The notes beneath the pieces were generated by a model. The model had not been told where the DNA came from and made no database searches. It saw only the letters and a program-made list of their open reading frames with translations. A stretch of DNA of 64,000 bases. Source: Verrucomicrobiota bacterium. GTDB lineage: Bacteria > Verrucomicrobiota > Verrucomicrobiia > Limisphaerales > Palsa-1400. Location: contig JBEKYR010000017.1 in NCBI GenBank assembly GCA_049510745.1, positions 1 to 64,000 of the forward strand, written 5' to 3'. Below, one piece after another: positions 9,542-18,920 of the stretch (position 1 is the first letter of the stretch; every line of letters begins with the position of its first letter). A program made the position numbers and the translations under genes.

Positions 9542-10524
9542 TGGAATCTCCGCCAGCGCTGGCTTTGGAAGAAGTCTCCAAGCGATTTGGGCGTGTCCAT
9601 GCGGTGGACCATCTTTCCCTGCAGGTGGAACCCGGCCACATGGCCGGCTTTCTCGGACCGAACGGCGCGGGCAAGAGCACCACCCTTTACATGATCCCCC
9701 GCCTGGTGCGGCCCACCCACGGGCGCATCAGCATCTTCGGCGTGGATATCTGGAAAGATTACAAAAAAGCCATCCGCTCCGTCGGCATTACGGTGGAGAC
9801 GCCGGCTTTTTACGAGTACCTCTCGGGCCGCAAGAACCTCGAACTCGCCGCCCGTTTGCTCGACCACGTCTCCCCGCGCGAGATCGACGAAATCCTCGAA
9901 CGGATTGGCCTGGCCGAGCGGCAGCACGACCGCGTGCGGGTTTATTCCACCGGCATGAAACAGCGCCTGGGCATCGGACGGGCGTTGTTGGGCCGCCCTC
10001 GCCTCCTCATCCTGGACGAGCCGACCAACGGCATGGACCCAGAGGGCACACACGAAATCCTCTCGTTCCTGCGCCACAAAGTCAGGAACGACGGCCTCAC
10101 CCTGTTTATCTCCAGCCATCTGATGTCCGAGATCGAGGAGTTTTGCGACACGGTTTTTGTCATCAATCGCGGGCATCTGGTGGCTTCCGGCAGCGTCAAG
10201 GAGTTGTTGAAACCGCACGAACGGATCGTGCGGGTCACCTTTCAGGGCAGGACTCCCGATCGCGATTTCATTTCGCGCCACGAACAAATCCGCAAAGCGG
10301 AATTCATGACCGCGGATACCGTGGAGTTCACCCTGGCTCAGGACGATCCCGCGTGGCTGAACCAATGTCTGCTGCAGGCCGGCTTCAGTGTTTCAGCCCT
10401 TGCGCCCAAACAAAAGACCTTGAAAGAGTTTTTCCTTTCCATCACGGGCCTTCGCCACGACGAAGTGCCATCTTCGATCAACCAGCCTCCGGCCACGCAG
10501 GCGGGAGATAAACCCCATGCCTAG
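9538..10524 (+). CDS. ABC transporter ATP-binding protein (ABC-2/BcrA-like)
   Basis: Walker A GPNGAGKST, signature YSTGMKQR, Walker B LILDEP, H-loop SSH. Confidence 0.95.
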   Translation: MMESPPALALEEVSKRFGRVHAVDHLSLQVEPGHMAGFLGPNGAGKSTTLYMIPRLVRPTHGRISIFGVDIWKDYKKAIRSVGITVETPAFYEYLSGRKNLELAARLLDHVSPREIDEILERIGLAERQHDRVRVYSTGMKQRLGIGRALLGRPRLLILDEPTNGMDPEGTHEILSFLRHKVRNDGLTLFISSHLMSEIEEFCDTVFVINRGHLVASGSVKELLKPHERIVRVTFQGRTPDRDFISRHEQIRKAEFMTADTVEFTLAQDDPAWLNQCLLQAGFSVSALAPKQKTLKEFFLSITGLRHDEVPSSINQPPATQAGDKPHA

Positions 10525-11314
10525 CCAATTCGTCACCTTGCTGCGAAACGAGGTCACGAAGGCCGCGCGTCGCAGGCTCTCTTACTTCGGCCTGTTCGCT
10601 GTCGGCCTGGTCTGTGTGATCATTTATTTTATCGCCGGCCAGGTCGGCAACTCGGCCACGACCAACGCCTGGGGCTATGTCGGTTTTTCCATGCAACTGC
10701 TCTTCAACGACATTGGCCCGATTTGTATCATCGGCTTCGCGGCAAAATTGGTGGCCGATGAAACCGGCGCCGGCACGATCCGTTCCGCGCTGGCCGCTCC
10801 GGTGCATCGCTGGGAGTTCTACCTGGCCAAGGCTGTTATCGGGTTGCTTTACATGCTGGTCCTCTCCGCCTTCGCTCTGCTCTTCTCCGCCGCGCTGGCC
10901 TCCGTCCATTACCGCTTCGGCCCGGTGGGCGATTCTGTCGGAGTTATCTATAGCCGCAACCAGGCGATGCGCGAGTTCCTGGTGTGCTGCGCGCTCAGTT
11001 GGATACCGCTCAGCGCCCTCGTCATGTACGGCCTCCTGATCTCCACCGTGCTTCGCAATCCGGCAGCGGCCGTGGCGGTGGGCATCAGCTCTCTGTTCCT
11101 CATCAATTTCACCAAACACCTGGTGGGACTCGATCCCTATATCTTCACCCGCTACATCGATTACTCCTGGCTCACCCTCCAGCAGATCGCCCAGGGAATG
11201 GATTATCAATGGCGTCCGGAAGTGTGGAGGATGATCGAGTTGTCCGGAGTGTCCGCCGTCCTCACCTTTGCCGCCGGCCTGATCCTTTTTGTGAGGGAAG
11301 ACCTCAACAATTAA
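10517..11314 (+). CDS. ABC-2 family permease
   Basis: About 6 hydrophobic segments, ETGAGTIR...PVHRWEFYLAK motif; overlaps the ATPase stop. Confidence 0.9.
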   Translation: MPSQFVTLLRNEVTKAARRRLSYFGLFAVGLVCVIIYFIAGQVGNSATTNAWGYVGFSMQLLFNDIGPICIIGFAAKLVADETGAGTIRSALAAPVHRWEFYLAKAVIGLLYMLVLSAFALLFSAALASVHYRFGPVGDSVGVIYSRNQAMREFLVCCALSWIPLSALVMYGLLISTVLRNPAAAVAVGISSLFLINFTKHLVGLDPYIFTRYIDYSWLTLQQIAQGMDYQWRPEVWRMIELSGVSAVLTFAAGLILFVREDLNN

Positions 11315-11573
11315 TCCGGCGCAACGGGAATCCCAATTCGCCCGGCGCGCTCAGTTCAGAGAGCTTCCCACCGTTTGCACGTCATGGCCAGCTTGAGAAT
11401 CTGGCGCAAACGAATGGCCCGGACGGACCGCCGGGGCAAGGCCGTCCGCTTGAAACGCCGTCCGCACGGCGCGGAAGCCTTGGACGCTGTGCGCCGATTC
11501 AACCTGGAAGTTCCTTTGCTATTCATGGGCAGTGGCCGCTCTGGGCGGAAACGTTGGTCTTTGATCTCGTCCA

Positions 11574-12491
11574 TCACACCAAGCTTTCCAATATGGCCGG
11601 AATCCGTTCCAGGCTCCGGTTGAGGCTGGCTCGCGAGAGGCCCCGTTCCGCTTCGGTCTGATGGCCGAAGAGCAGTTTCCAGCCCGGCGATTCCACCCAA
11701 CTGTCAAAGGCCACTTCGGCGTGGTTGCCGCTGTCGCCGATTTTCGTGTGGCGAACCAGCAAGTCGGCCACGTGGACCGCGGCGGCCACGTTGGTCTGGA
11801 GGCGCGCCAACTGCGGGGCGTGATGATATTCCACGATCTCGACAAAGACTTCCGGCAGCCGCTGCTTTCGCAGATACATCGCGCCCAAATCGGCGTGGTC
11901 CACGCCCAGCACCTCCCGCTCCAGGGGCATCAGCTCCATGCCCTCCCCGGCGCGGCGGTGATAGATTTCGTGAAAATGGTCCGGAAAGGCCGAGGCCATC
12001 ACGATCTTGCCGACATCGTGAATCAGGCCGGCCACGTAATCGATCTCGTCATCCTGCGAGTGAAGCAGATCGGTGATCTCGCGCGTCATCAACGCGGTGG
12101 CGATGCAGTGCCGCCAGAATTGCCGCCACGGGAAGCGGCGTCCTTCGGCCAGCTTTTGGAAATCTTCAATGATCGGCGTCACCATCGCCAGTTGCCGGAT
12201 TTGCCGGACGCCCAGGTAAAAGACGGCCTCCTCGATATTCCTGACCGGTTTGGACATGCCGTAATAGACGGAGTTGACCAGCCGCAGCAGGCGCGCCGTC
12301 AAGCTGGGGTCGCGGCGGATGATTTCCGCGATTTGCGACGTGTAGCGCTGGTCGGCGCCCAGCAATTCCCGCAACGCCGAATCGATGGTGCTCAACGACG
12401 GCAGGCAGGCGCAGCCGCTCAACCGGGCATCAACCTGGGCGCGGTCCAACTGTTCGCAAGCAGCGCGCGAAGCCAAAATTCCTGAACTCAT
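11574..12491 (-). CDS. HDOD domain protein
   Basis: LPSL...IRRDPSLTARLLRLVNS...EAVFYLG...FWRH...GLIHDVGK...DHADLG; start MSSGIL at 12491. Confidence 0.92.
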   Translation of the reverse strand: MSSGILASRAACEQLDRAQVDARLSGCACLPSLSTIDSALRELLGADQRYTSQIAEIIRRDPSLTARLLRLVNSVYYGMSKPVRNIEEAVFYLGVRQIRQLAMVTPIIEDFQKLAEGRRFPWRQFWRHCIATALMTREITDLLHSQDDEIDYVAGLIHDVGKIVMASAFPDHFHEIYHRRAGEGMELMPLEREVLGVDHADLGAMYLRKQRLPEVFVEIVEYHHAPQLARLQTNVAAAVHVADLLVRHTKIGDSGNHAEVAFDSWVESPGWKLLFGHQTEAERGLSRASLNRSLERIPAILESLV

Positions 12492-12499
12492 TCCCCTTT

Positions 12500-12526
12500 C
12501 TATCGGCGGATTTTGCGGGAAGTTAA
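12500..12526 (-). promoter_or_regulatory. Sigma28-type promoter facing the HDOD gene
   Basis: Minus strand TTAACTTC-N11-GCCGATAG. Confidence 0.5.
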
Positions 12527-12577
12527 GCGCGCAAATCCACCCGGGGCGCGGCCCGGCGACGCCCTTGCGTTTCCCGC

Positions 12578-12604
12578 TTAAGTTCCGGCCCAATCGGACG
12601 ATAA
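12578..12604 (+). promoter_or_regulatory. Sigma28-type promoter facing the 12626 operon
   Basis: TTAAGTTC-N11-GACGATAA, 21 nt before the ATG at 12626. Confidence 0.55.
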
Positions 12605-12625
12605 TCGTAGCAGAGAAAAATATTC

Positions 12626-13096
12626 ATGTTTAGACGCTTACGCCATACGGTAATCGCGGCCGCCGGCTTTTTCGGCCTGGCCGCGGCGCTTTGGGCTGGT
12701 TCGGGCTATTTGCCAACTGTCGGGCCAATTCCATTGCGCTTTCGCGCCCTGCCCCTTCTCTCCACCAATTTGGCCAGCCTGCCGGCCCCTCTCCCGTCGG
12801 ACTCCACTGAGACGGAGGGCGGTGACATCAACGCTTCCAACGCGCCCCAGCCGCTGGTGATCCCCCCGTTGGCCGGCGCCAACGCGGATGCCGCCAAGGC
12901 AGACATCATGGAGGTTTCCTCCGCGCCCCTGCTCGTGCCTGCGCCCGCGCCCCCTTTGGAGCCGGTGGTCTCCCCGCAAATGCTCATTCAATACTTCCTC
13001 CCCTCGACCAACGGCCCGGCTTCCGGCATGGGCGCGCCGGTTGGCTTTCTGCCGCCACCGCCGCCGGCCGCGCCCGCCGCGAAGGCTGCTCCATAA
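12626..13096 (+). CDS. Pro-rich hypothetical protein with N-terminal hydrophobic segment
   Basis: 156-aa ORF; first gene of a tightly packed + strand run. Confidence 0.65.
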   Translation: MFRRLRHTVIAAAGFFGLAAALWAGSGYLPTVGPIPLRFRALPLLSTNLASLPAPLPSDSTETEGGDINASNAPQPLVIPPLAGANADAAKADIMEVSSAPLLVPAPAPPLEPVVSPQMLIQYFLPSTNGPASGMGAPVGFLPPPPPAAPAAKAAP

Positions 13097-13103
13097 TCGG
13101 TTC

Positions 13104-14360
13104 ATGAAACGCTTTTTCCATGGCCTGGCAACGCTGGTGTTGACGGCTTCGGTCGCGCCGGCGGAAACAAATCTTTCCACCGCGCCCGATGTCGGAACGA
13201 TCACCAATTTAATCATGGTCGCCCGCCCGCAAAGCGTCGCCAAGAACCCCAGCCCGCGATTGCCGGATCGCTATTTTGAAACGCAGTTGGAACAGGCCAC
13301 CCGCCAGCGCCACGACAAGAACCCGGCCCTGGCCGCCAAAATACTGGTCGCCCTCCTGCAAACCAACGCCCCGCCCGAATTCAAACGCAAGGCGCTCCTG
13401 GATCTGGCCCTGGCAGAGCAGGACAATAATGAGTTCGTCAAAGCCCAGCAGGCCTATGCCCAATTCCGCCACCTCTATTCCGAAGACCCCAGCATCCCGG
13501 AAATCCTCCTCCGCGAAGGCTTGCTCTACCGCCAGATGGGCGCCAACACCCTGGCCATCTCCAAATTCTACGCCGTCATGTCCACCGCCCTCAAACTCAA
13601 GCTGGACAACATCGATTACTACAAAACCCTCGTCCTCCAGGCCCAGACGGAAATCGCCGACACCTATTATCTGCAAGCTCAGTTCGACGAGGCGGCCGAT
13701 TTCTTCAGCCGCATTCTTAAGAACGAAAGCGCCAGCCTCAACCGCGAACCGCTCGAATTCAAGCTCATCCGTTCCCTGTCTTATGTCACCAACCACGTCG
13801 AAACCATCGCTCGCGCCCAGCTCTTCCTCGAACAACATCCCGTCTGCGCCGACGTCCCCGAAGTCCGCTTTCTCCTCGCCTCCGCTTACAAAGGCGTCGG
13901 CCGCAACCAGGACGCCATGAAACAAGTGCTGCTGCTTTTGCAGTCGCAGCAGGAAAATGTCAGCAAGGACCCCGAAGTGTGGGTCTATTGGCAGCGCCGC
14001 GCCGGCAACCAGATCGCCAACCAACTTTACCGGGAGGGCGATTACCTGGACGCCCTCCAAATCTATCAAAGCCTGGCGGGCCTGGACACCTCCATCTCCT
14101 GGCGGGCGCCCGTTTGGTACCAGATCGGTTTGGTTTATGAACAGTTGCAACAGTGGCAAAAAGCCTCCGACACTTACTCCCAGATCACCGCCTGCCAAAA
14201 GGATTTGACCGGTACCAACAGCCCCCCCAGCCTGGCCTCCCTTTGCGAAATGGCCCAATGGCGCAAAGATTACATCGCCTGGATGGACAAAGCCCGCGCC
14301 TCCAACCTGGAATTCCTTCACAGCCCCCTGCGCAAACCCGAATCCTCCCTTGTCCAATGA
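13104..14360 (+). CDS. Secreted tetratricopeptide-repeat protein
   Basis: Start MKRFFHG with signal peptide; many TPR-like helix pairs (e.g. PVWYQIGLVYEQLQQWQKASDTY). Confidence 0.85.
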   Translation: MKRFFHGLATLVLTASVAPAETNLSTAPDVGTITNLIMVARPQSVAKNPSPRLPDRYFETQLEQATRQRHDKNPALAAKILVALLQTNAPPEFKRKALLDLALAEQDNNEFVKAQQAYAQFRHLYSEDPSIPEILLREGLLYRQMGANTLAISKFYAVMSTALKLKLDNIDYYKTLVLQAQTEIADTYYLQAQFDEAADFFSRILKNESASLNREPLEFKLIRSLSYVTNHVETIARAQLFLEQHPVCADVPEVRFLLASAYKGVGRNQDAMKQVLLLLQSQQENVSKDPEVWVYWQRRAGNQIANQLYREGDYLDALQIYQSLAGLDTSISWRAPVWYQIGLVYEQLQQWQKASDTYSQITACQKDLTGTNSPPSLASLCEMAQWRKDYIAWMDKARASNLEFLHSPLRKPESSLVQ

Positions 14361-14776
14361 ACCCGCCGCCGGAAATCATCCGCACTCTCAACGAGCATCT
14401 GGCCCTCTGCCAGGAACTGCTCCTGGTCGCCGAACGCGAAGGCCAGGCCCTTCGCCAGACCGGCCAGCCCTCCCTTTTCGAGTTTTATCAGCAAAAAAAG
14501 AACTTGCTTCCGCGCCTCAATCAGTCGCTAGATGGTTTGCGCAAGCATCGTGTGAACTGGCAACGACTCAGCCTGGATGAACGCGCGCGCCAACCCGAAG
14601 TCGGCTCGCTCCTGCGCAAGAGTCAGGACCTGACCATGAAGATCATTGTTCTGGATCGTGAGAACGAGCAAGCCCTCCTGCGCCGCGGCCTCGTTCCCCC
14701 TCGCGAACTGCCTTCCGTCAATCGCCAGCGCCCCCATTTCGTCGCGGATCTCTACCGCCGCCAGGGGGCCGCATGA
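14357..14776 (+). CDS. FlgN-like flagellar export chaperone (putative)
   Basis: 139-aa helical protein (LCQELLLVAEREGQAL...KKNLLPRL...LDRENEQALL); ATGA overlap with the TPR gene. Confidence 0.55.
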   Translation: MNPPPEIIRTLNEHLALCQELLLVAEREGQALRQTGQPSLFEFYQQKKNLLPRLNQSLDGLRKHRVNWQRLSLDERARQPEVGSLLRKSQDLTMKIIVLDRENEQALLRRGLVPPRELPSVNRQRPHFVADLYRRQGAA

Positions 14777-14789
14777 GGCCGCCGCAGCC

Positions 14790-16217
14790 ATGCCCATTGA
14801 AAAAATCCTCGTTCTCGAAGACGACCTGATTGTCCGCAAGAACCTCGAACAACTCTTGCGCCAGCAACGCTACGACGTCGCCACCACCGACACCCTGGCC
14901 GGCGCCCGCGATGTCCTGGGCAGAGACACCTTTGATTTGATCTTCCTGGACCTCCGCCTGCCCGACGGCGAAGGCACCGAGCTGCTGCGCGAGCTGCAAT
15001 CCGAGCCTGAAAAACCCCTCGTCGTCATGGTCACAGGCTTCGGCTCCGTCGAGTCGGCCGTCGAATGCATGCGCAACGGCGCCTTTGACTACATGCTCAA
15101 GCCCTTCTCGGCCGACCAATTGCAGGTCACCCTGCGCAAGGCGGAGAATTACAACCAATTGCTCAAGGTCAACGCCTACTTCAGCAACGCCGAAGAGGAC
15201 GAAACGGGCTATGAATTGCTCGGGGCCAGCCAGTCCATGGAAAATCTCCGCCAGTTGATCCGCAAGGTCGCCCGCACCCAGGCCACCGTCCTCATCACCG
15301 GCGAAAGCGGCACCGGCAAGGAACTGGTCGCCCGCGCCCTCTACCGCCAAAGCCCACGCCACAACGCCCCTTTCATCAAGGTCAATTGCGCCGCCATCCC
15401 TGAGAACCTCATCGAAAGCGAATTCTTCGGCCACGAAAAAGGCGCCTTCACCGGCGCTCTGACCAAACGCGAGGGCCGCTTCGAACTGGCCCATAGCGGC
15501 ACCATCCTCCTGGATGAAATCAGCGAGATTTCCCCCCAAGTCCAAGTCAAGCTTCTGCGTGTCTTGCAGGAACGCGAACTCGAACGGGTCGGCGGCAACC
15601 GCACCCTCAAAGTGGACGTCCGCGTCTTGGCCACCACCAACCGCCGCCTCGAAGAAGGCGTCGAACGCAAGGAATTCCGCCAGGACCTCTTCTTTCGCCT
15701 CAACGTCGTTCCCATTCACGTCCCGCCCCTCCGCGAGCACAAGGAGGACGTCGCCCATCTGGCCCGCCAATTCATGCCCCGCTTTGCCCGCAAGCACGGC
15801 GTGCGCATCCGCGGCTTTTCCCCCGAGTGCCTGGCCGCTTTGGAAGCCCACCGCTGGCCCGGCAACGTGCGGGAACTGCAAAACGCCATCGAGCGCGCCG
15901 TCATCCTCTGTGGCGACGGCGACATGTTGGAACCCGAACACCTGGGTTTCTCCCCGCAGCCCGCCGCTCCTCCCGCGCCGCCGCCCTCCGCCACCGCTCC
16001 CGCCCCGGCCCCGGCGGCCATCGAAGCCATCTCGCTGGCCGAGTTGGAAAAACGGCACATCTTGTCGGTCATGGAAAAAACCACCAGCCGCACGCAGGCC
16101 GCGAAACTCCTGGGCATCAGCATCCGCACCCTGCGCAACAAACTCAACGAATACGGCGTCAACACCAAAGAGGATGAAACCACCCCCGACGCCGAGCCTG
16201 AACCGCCCGCGGCTTGA
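14790..16217 (+). CDS. Sigma54-dependent response regulator (REC-AAA-Fis HTH)
   Basis: LVLEDD receiver, GESGTGKE, GAFTGA, LDEI, WPGNVREL, C-terminal HTH (AAKLLGISIRTL). Confidence 0.95.
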   Translation: MPIEKILVLEDDLIVRKNLEQLLRQQRYDVATTDTLAGARDVLGRDTFDLIFLDLRLPDGEGTELLRELQSEPEKPLVVMVTGFGSVESAVECMRNGAFDYMLKPFSADQLQVTLRKAENYNQLLKVNAYFSNAEEDETGYELLGASQSMENLRQLIRKVARTQATVLITGESGTGKELVARALYRQSPRHNAPFIKVNCAAIPENLIESEFFGHEKGAFTGALTKREGRFELAHSGTILLDEISEISPQVQVKLLRVLQERELERVGGNRTLKVDVRVLATTNRRLEEGVERKEFRQDLFFRLNVVPIHVPPLREHKEDVAHLARQFMPRFARKHGVRIRGFSPECLAALEAHRWPGNVRELQNAIERAVILCGDGDMLEPEHLGFSPQPAAPPAPPPSATAPAPAPAAIEAISLAELEKRHILSVMEKTTSRTQAAKLLGISIRTLRNKLNEYGVNTKEDETTPDAEPEPPAA

Positions 16218-16270
16218 AGGGGGTCCTTGCAAGCCGAAAAACGATGCCGTTGATTAATGATGAACAAAAC

Positions 16271-16366
16271 CGAGCGACCTGAGCTTTGCTCCAGCGACCG
16301 CGCCGCTTGCGCCTTGGTTTCAATCAGGAGCCATTGGCGCCGCGTCGCTGAGCGTCAACGTCGGGC
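16271..16366 (+). repeat. Degenerate attC-like palindromic element
   Basis: AGCGACCGCGCC...GGCGCCGCGTCGCTGAGC...GTCGGGC, ending 6 nt before the ATG at 16373. Confidence 0.45.
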
Positions 16367-16372
16367 ATCTAT

Positions 16373-16696
16373 ATGCGGAGGCATATCATAGTTCGTTTCG
16401 TTGCCATGCCGGCAGTGCTGGTTTGCATCGCCATCAGCTTGATTGGTTGTCATTCACTTTCATATCTTCACAGGGCGCAGGAGCGTCCTTATGACCTTTG
16501 GATGGCAGCTCTCAAGGGATTTGAGGGGCCGGTGTATTATATCGGCAGCGATGGAGATTATTCCTATTTTCGCGCCGGCGATATCTTTTACACGCGTTAC
16601 AAGGCACAGACCTCCAAGATTCATCTTCCTCACACCTTTCCGTTCGGCAAGGGAGAGCCTTATCGCGTGACCCAGGACATGGTTCCCATTTACTGA
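16373..16696 (+). CDS. Small hypothetical lipoprotein (cassette-like)
   Basis: 107 aa; hydrophobic N-terminus with lipobox-like LIGC; lower GC than its neighbours. Confidence 0.7.
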   Translation: MRRHIIVRFVAMPAVLVCIAISLIGCHSLSYLHRAQERPYDLWMAALKGFEGPVYYIGSDGDYSYFRAGDIFYTRYKAQTSKIHLPHTFPFGKGEPYRVTQDMVPIY

Positions 16697-16712
16697 TCAT
16701 GACAAAGCCCAC

Positions 16713-16823
16713 TCCCAACAATTCGCTGCAGACGAACCGCCGCCCTCGCCTCCGCCTCTTCCGACCCTGGATTCGCTGCCAACGCCCGGTCCCGGCGGCG
16801 GTCGGTGAACTCAGTCGTTCCGC
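16713..16823 (+). repeat. attC-like recombination site
   Basis: TCCCAAC...GAACCGCCGCC...GGCGGCGGTC...GTTCCGC. Imperfect palindrome with AAC/GTT core triplets and a bulged base; the next ATG abuts at 16824. Confidence 0.55.
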
Positions 16824-17393
16824 ATGAATCAGCTCTGCGTTTCAAGTCGAGCACAATGGCGAACGTGGTTGGCCAAGAATCACGATAAGGAAGAGCGCGG
16901 AATCTGGCTGGTGTTCTACAAGAGGGGGACGGCCAGACCCTCCGTTGCGTATGAGGAATCCGTCGAGGAGGCGCTCTGCTTCGGCTGGATCGACAGCATC
17001 ATCAAGAGAATCGATGACGATAGGTACTGTCGAAAGTTCACACCCAGGAAGGACGACAGCAGGTGGTCGAACACAAACAAAAAGAGAGTGGAGAAACTCG
17101 TCAAAGAAGGCCGGATGACGCAATTCGGCCTGACGAAGATCGAGGCGGCAAAAAGGTCGGGGAACTGGGACGTGGACCCGCGCCCCGTGATCAACCTGAA
17201 CGTTCCCCCGCAGTTGTCAGAGGCCCTGGCGCTGAACAGGAAAGCAAAGGATTTCTTTGAAACGCTGGCGCCGGCTTGCCGGCGGCACTTTATTGGCTGG
17301 ATCGTCACCGCGAAAAGGGAGGAGACGAAAGCCAGGCGTCTCGAGGAATCCTTGGCCTTGCTCGCCAGAGGCGAAAAACTCGGACTCAAATGA
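16824..17393 (+). CDS. YdeI/OmpD-associated family protein
   Basis: WRTWLAKNH...YEESVEEALCFGWIDS...FTPRK...WS..N...AKREETKARR. Confidence 0.92.
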   Translation: MNQLCVSSRAQWRTWLAKNHDKEERGIWLVFYKRGTARPSVAYEESVEEALCFGWIDSIIKRIDDDRYCRKFTPRKDDSRWSNTNKKRVEKLVKEGRMTQFGLTKIEAAKRSGNWDVDPRPVINLNVPPQLSEALALNRKAKDFFETLAPACRRHFIGWIVTAKREETKARRLEESLALLARGEKLGLK

Positions 17394-17546
17394 AAATTCA
17401 AAAAATACCCGGATCCGGCGACAGCGACCAGTGACGAAAAACCTCACAAATGCCAAAGGCAATGGGTCTTCATCCTTCATCCTTTTGACTTCATACTTGT
17501 CCCAAAATACCCGGTTGCGCAGCGGGCCAAAAAATGAGATATAATC

Positions 17547-18734
17547 GTGATGCAATATCGGCGATTTGGTCGGACGGAATTGGCCATGCCCGTCATTTCC
17601 TGCGGGGGGATGCGCTACCAATTCAAGTGGCAGGATGTGGCCCCGGCGGACATCCCCGCCGACAGCCAGGCCAATCTTGAAGCGATCATTGAGCGCGCCC
17701 TGGCGCTGGGGATCACCCACATCGAAACCGCCCGCGGCTACGGCACTTCCGAAATGCAGTTGGGCAACATCCTGCCAAAACTCGACCGGTCCAAAATCAT
17801 CGTCCAGACCAAGGTCGCCCCGCAGGCCGAGCCGGAGGAATTTCTGAAAATCTTCGAGCGCTCGATGAAATATCTCCGGCTCGATTACGTGGACCTGCTC
17901 GCCTTGCACGGCATCAATCAGCGCCAACTGCTGGAGTGGTCGTTGCGCAAGGACGGCTGCCTGGCCGCCGCCCGCCGGCTGCAACAGCAGGGGCGCGTCC
18001 GTTTCGTCGGCTTCTCCACCCACGCCACCCCCGACATCATCCTGGAAGCCGTCCGCGGCGGCGAGTTCGATTACATCAACCTGCACTGGTACTTCGTCAA
18101 CGACCTGAATTGGCAGGCCGTCACCGCCGCGCGCCAGCGGGACATGGGCGTGTTCATCATCAGCCCCAACGACAAGGGCGGCAAACTTTATGAGCCGCCG
18201 CCGAAAATGGTGGAGCTGTGCGCGCCGCTCACCCCGATGCAATTCAACGACCTCTATTGCCTGGCGCGGCCGGAGGTGCATACGCTGAGCTGCGGGGCGG
18301 CCCGGCCCGGCGATTTTGACGAACACATCCGCGCCCTGGAGCATTACGACGACGCCGCGCGCGTCGTCGCGCCGATTGAGCGCCGTCTGCGCGCGGAAAT
18401 GGAGGCGCGGCTGGGGGCCGACTGGTGCCGGAGTTGGTTCGAGGGGCTGCCCGATTTTTGCGACGTTCCCGGCCAGATGAACGTTTCGGAAATCCTGCGC
18501 CTGTGGACTTACGCCAAGGCCCTGGATTTGGTCGAGTGGGGCAAGATGCGCTATAACCTGCTCGGGCAGGCCGACCATTGGTTTCCCGGCGCGAACGCCG
18601 GCGCCTTTGACGAAGAAAAACTGCGCCCGACCCTCCAGAAAAGCCCCTTTGCGTCGAAAATTCCCGCCGTGCTGCGCGAGGCGCACGCCATGCTCTTCGA
18701 GAAACCAAAGGCGCGGTTGAGCCAGAGCACCTGA
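17547..18734 (+). CDS. Aldo/keto reductase family protein
   Basis: YRRFGRTEL...[12 protein letters not shown]...[13 protein letters not shown]...GFSTH. Confidence 0.92.
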   Translation: MMQYRRFGRTELAMPVISCGGMRYQFKWQDVAPADIPADSQANLEAIIERALALGITHIETARGYGTSEMQLGNILPKLDRSKIIVQTKVAPQAEPEEFLKIFERSMKYLRLDYVDLLALHGINQRQLLEWSLRKDGCLAAARRLQQQGRVRFVGFSTHATPDIILEAVRGGEFDYINLHWYFVNDLNWQAVTAARQRDMGVFIISPNDKGGKLYEPPPKMVELCAPLTPMQFNDLYCLARPEVHTLSCGAARPGDFDEHIRALEHYDDAARVVAPIERRLRAEMEARLGADWCRSWFEGLPDFCDVPGQMNVSEILRLWTYAKALDLVEWGKMRYNLLGQADHWFPGANAGAFDEEKLRPTLQKSPFASKIPAVLREAHAMLFEKPKARLSQST

Positions 18735-18920
18735 CGGCAGGGAAGGAATGGTGGCGCCGGGAAATTTGAGTCAAAAACCGCCGTTTGCGGTCAAAACCGC
18801 TCAAAAACGGGGGCTGGACATGGTTTGGCCGGTGTGATAAGCATTCCCACCCGTTCGCTAAAGAACGGCACCCGGTTCGGGCTGATGTCCGCCGCCGGAA
18901 CAACGAAAGAGAAAACTGAA

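Noticed and set aside
11375..11623. Small basic ORF between convergent genes
   Set aside because: Overlaps the HDOD 3' end, has no motif and no clear ribosome-binding site.
16214..16240. Further sigma28-like motif (TTGAAGGG...GCCGAAAA)
   Set aside because: The -35 match is weak and no intact downstream target is evident.
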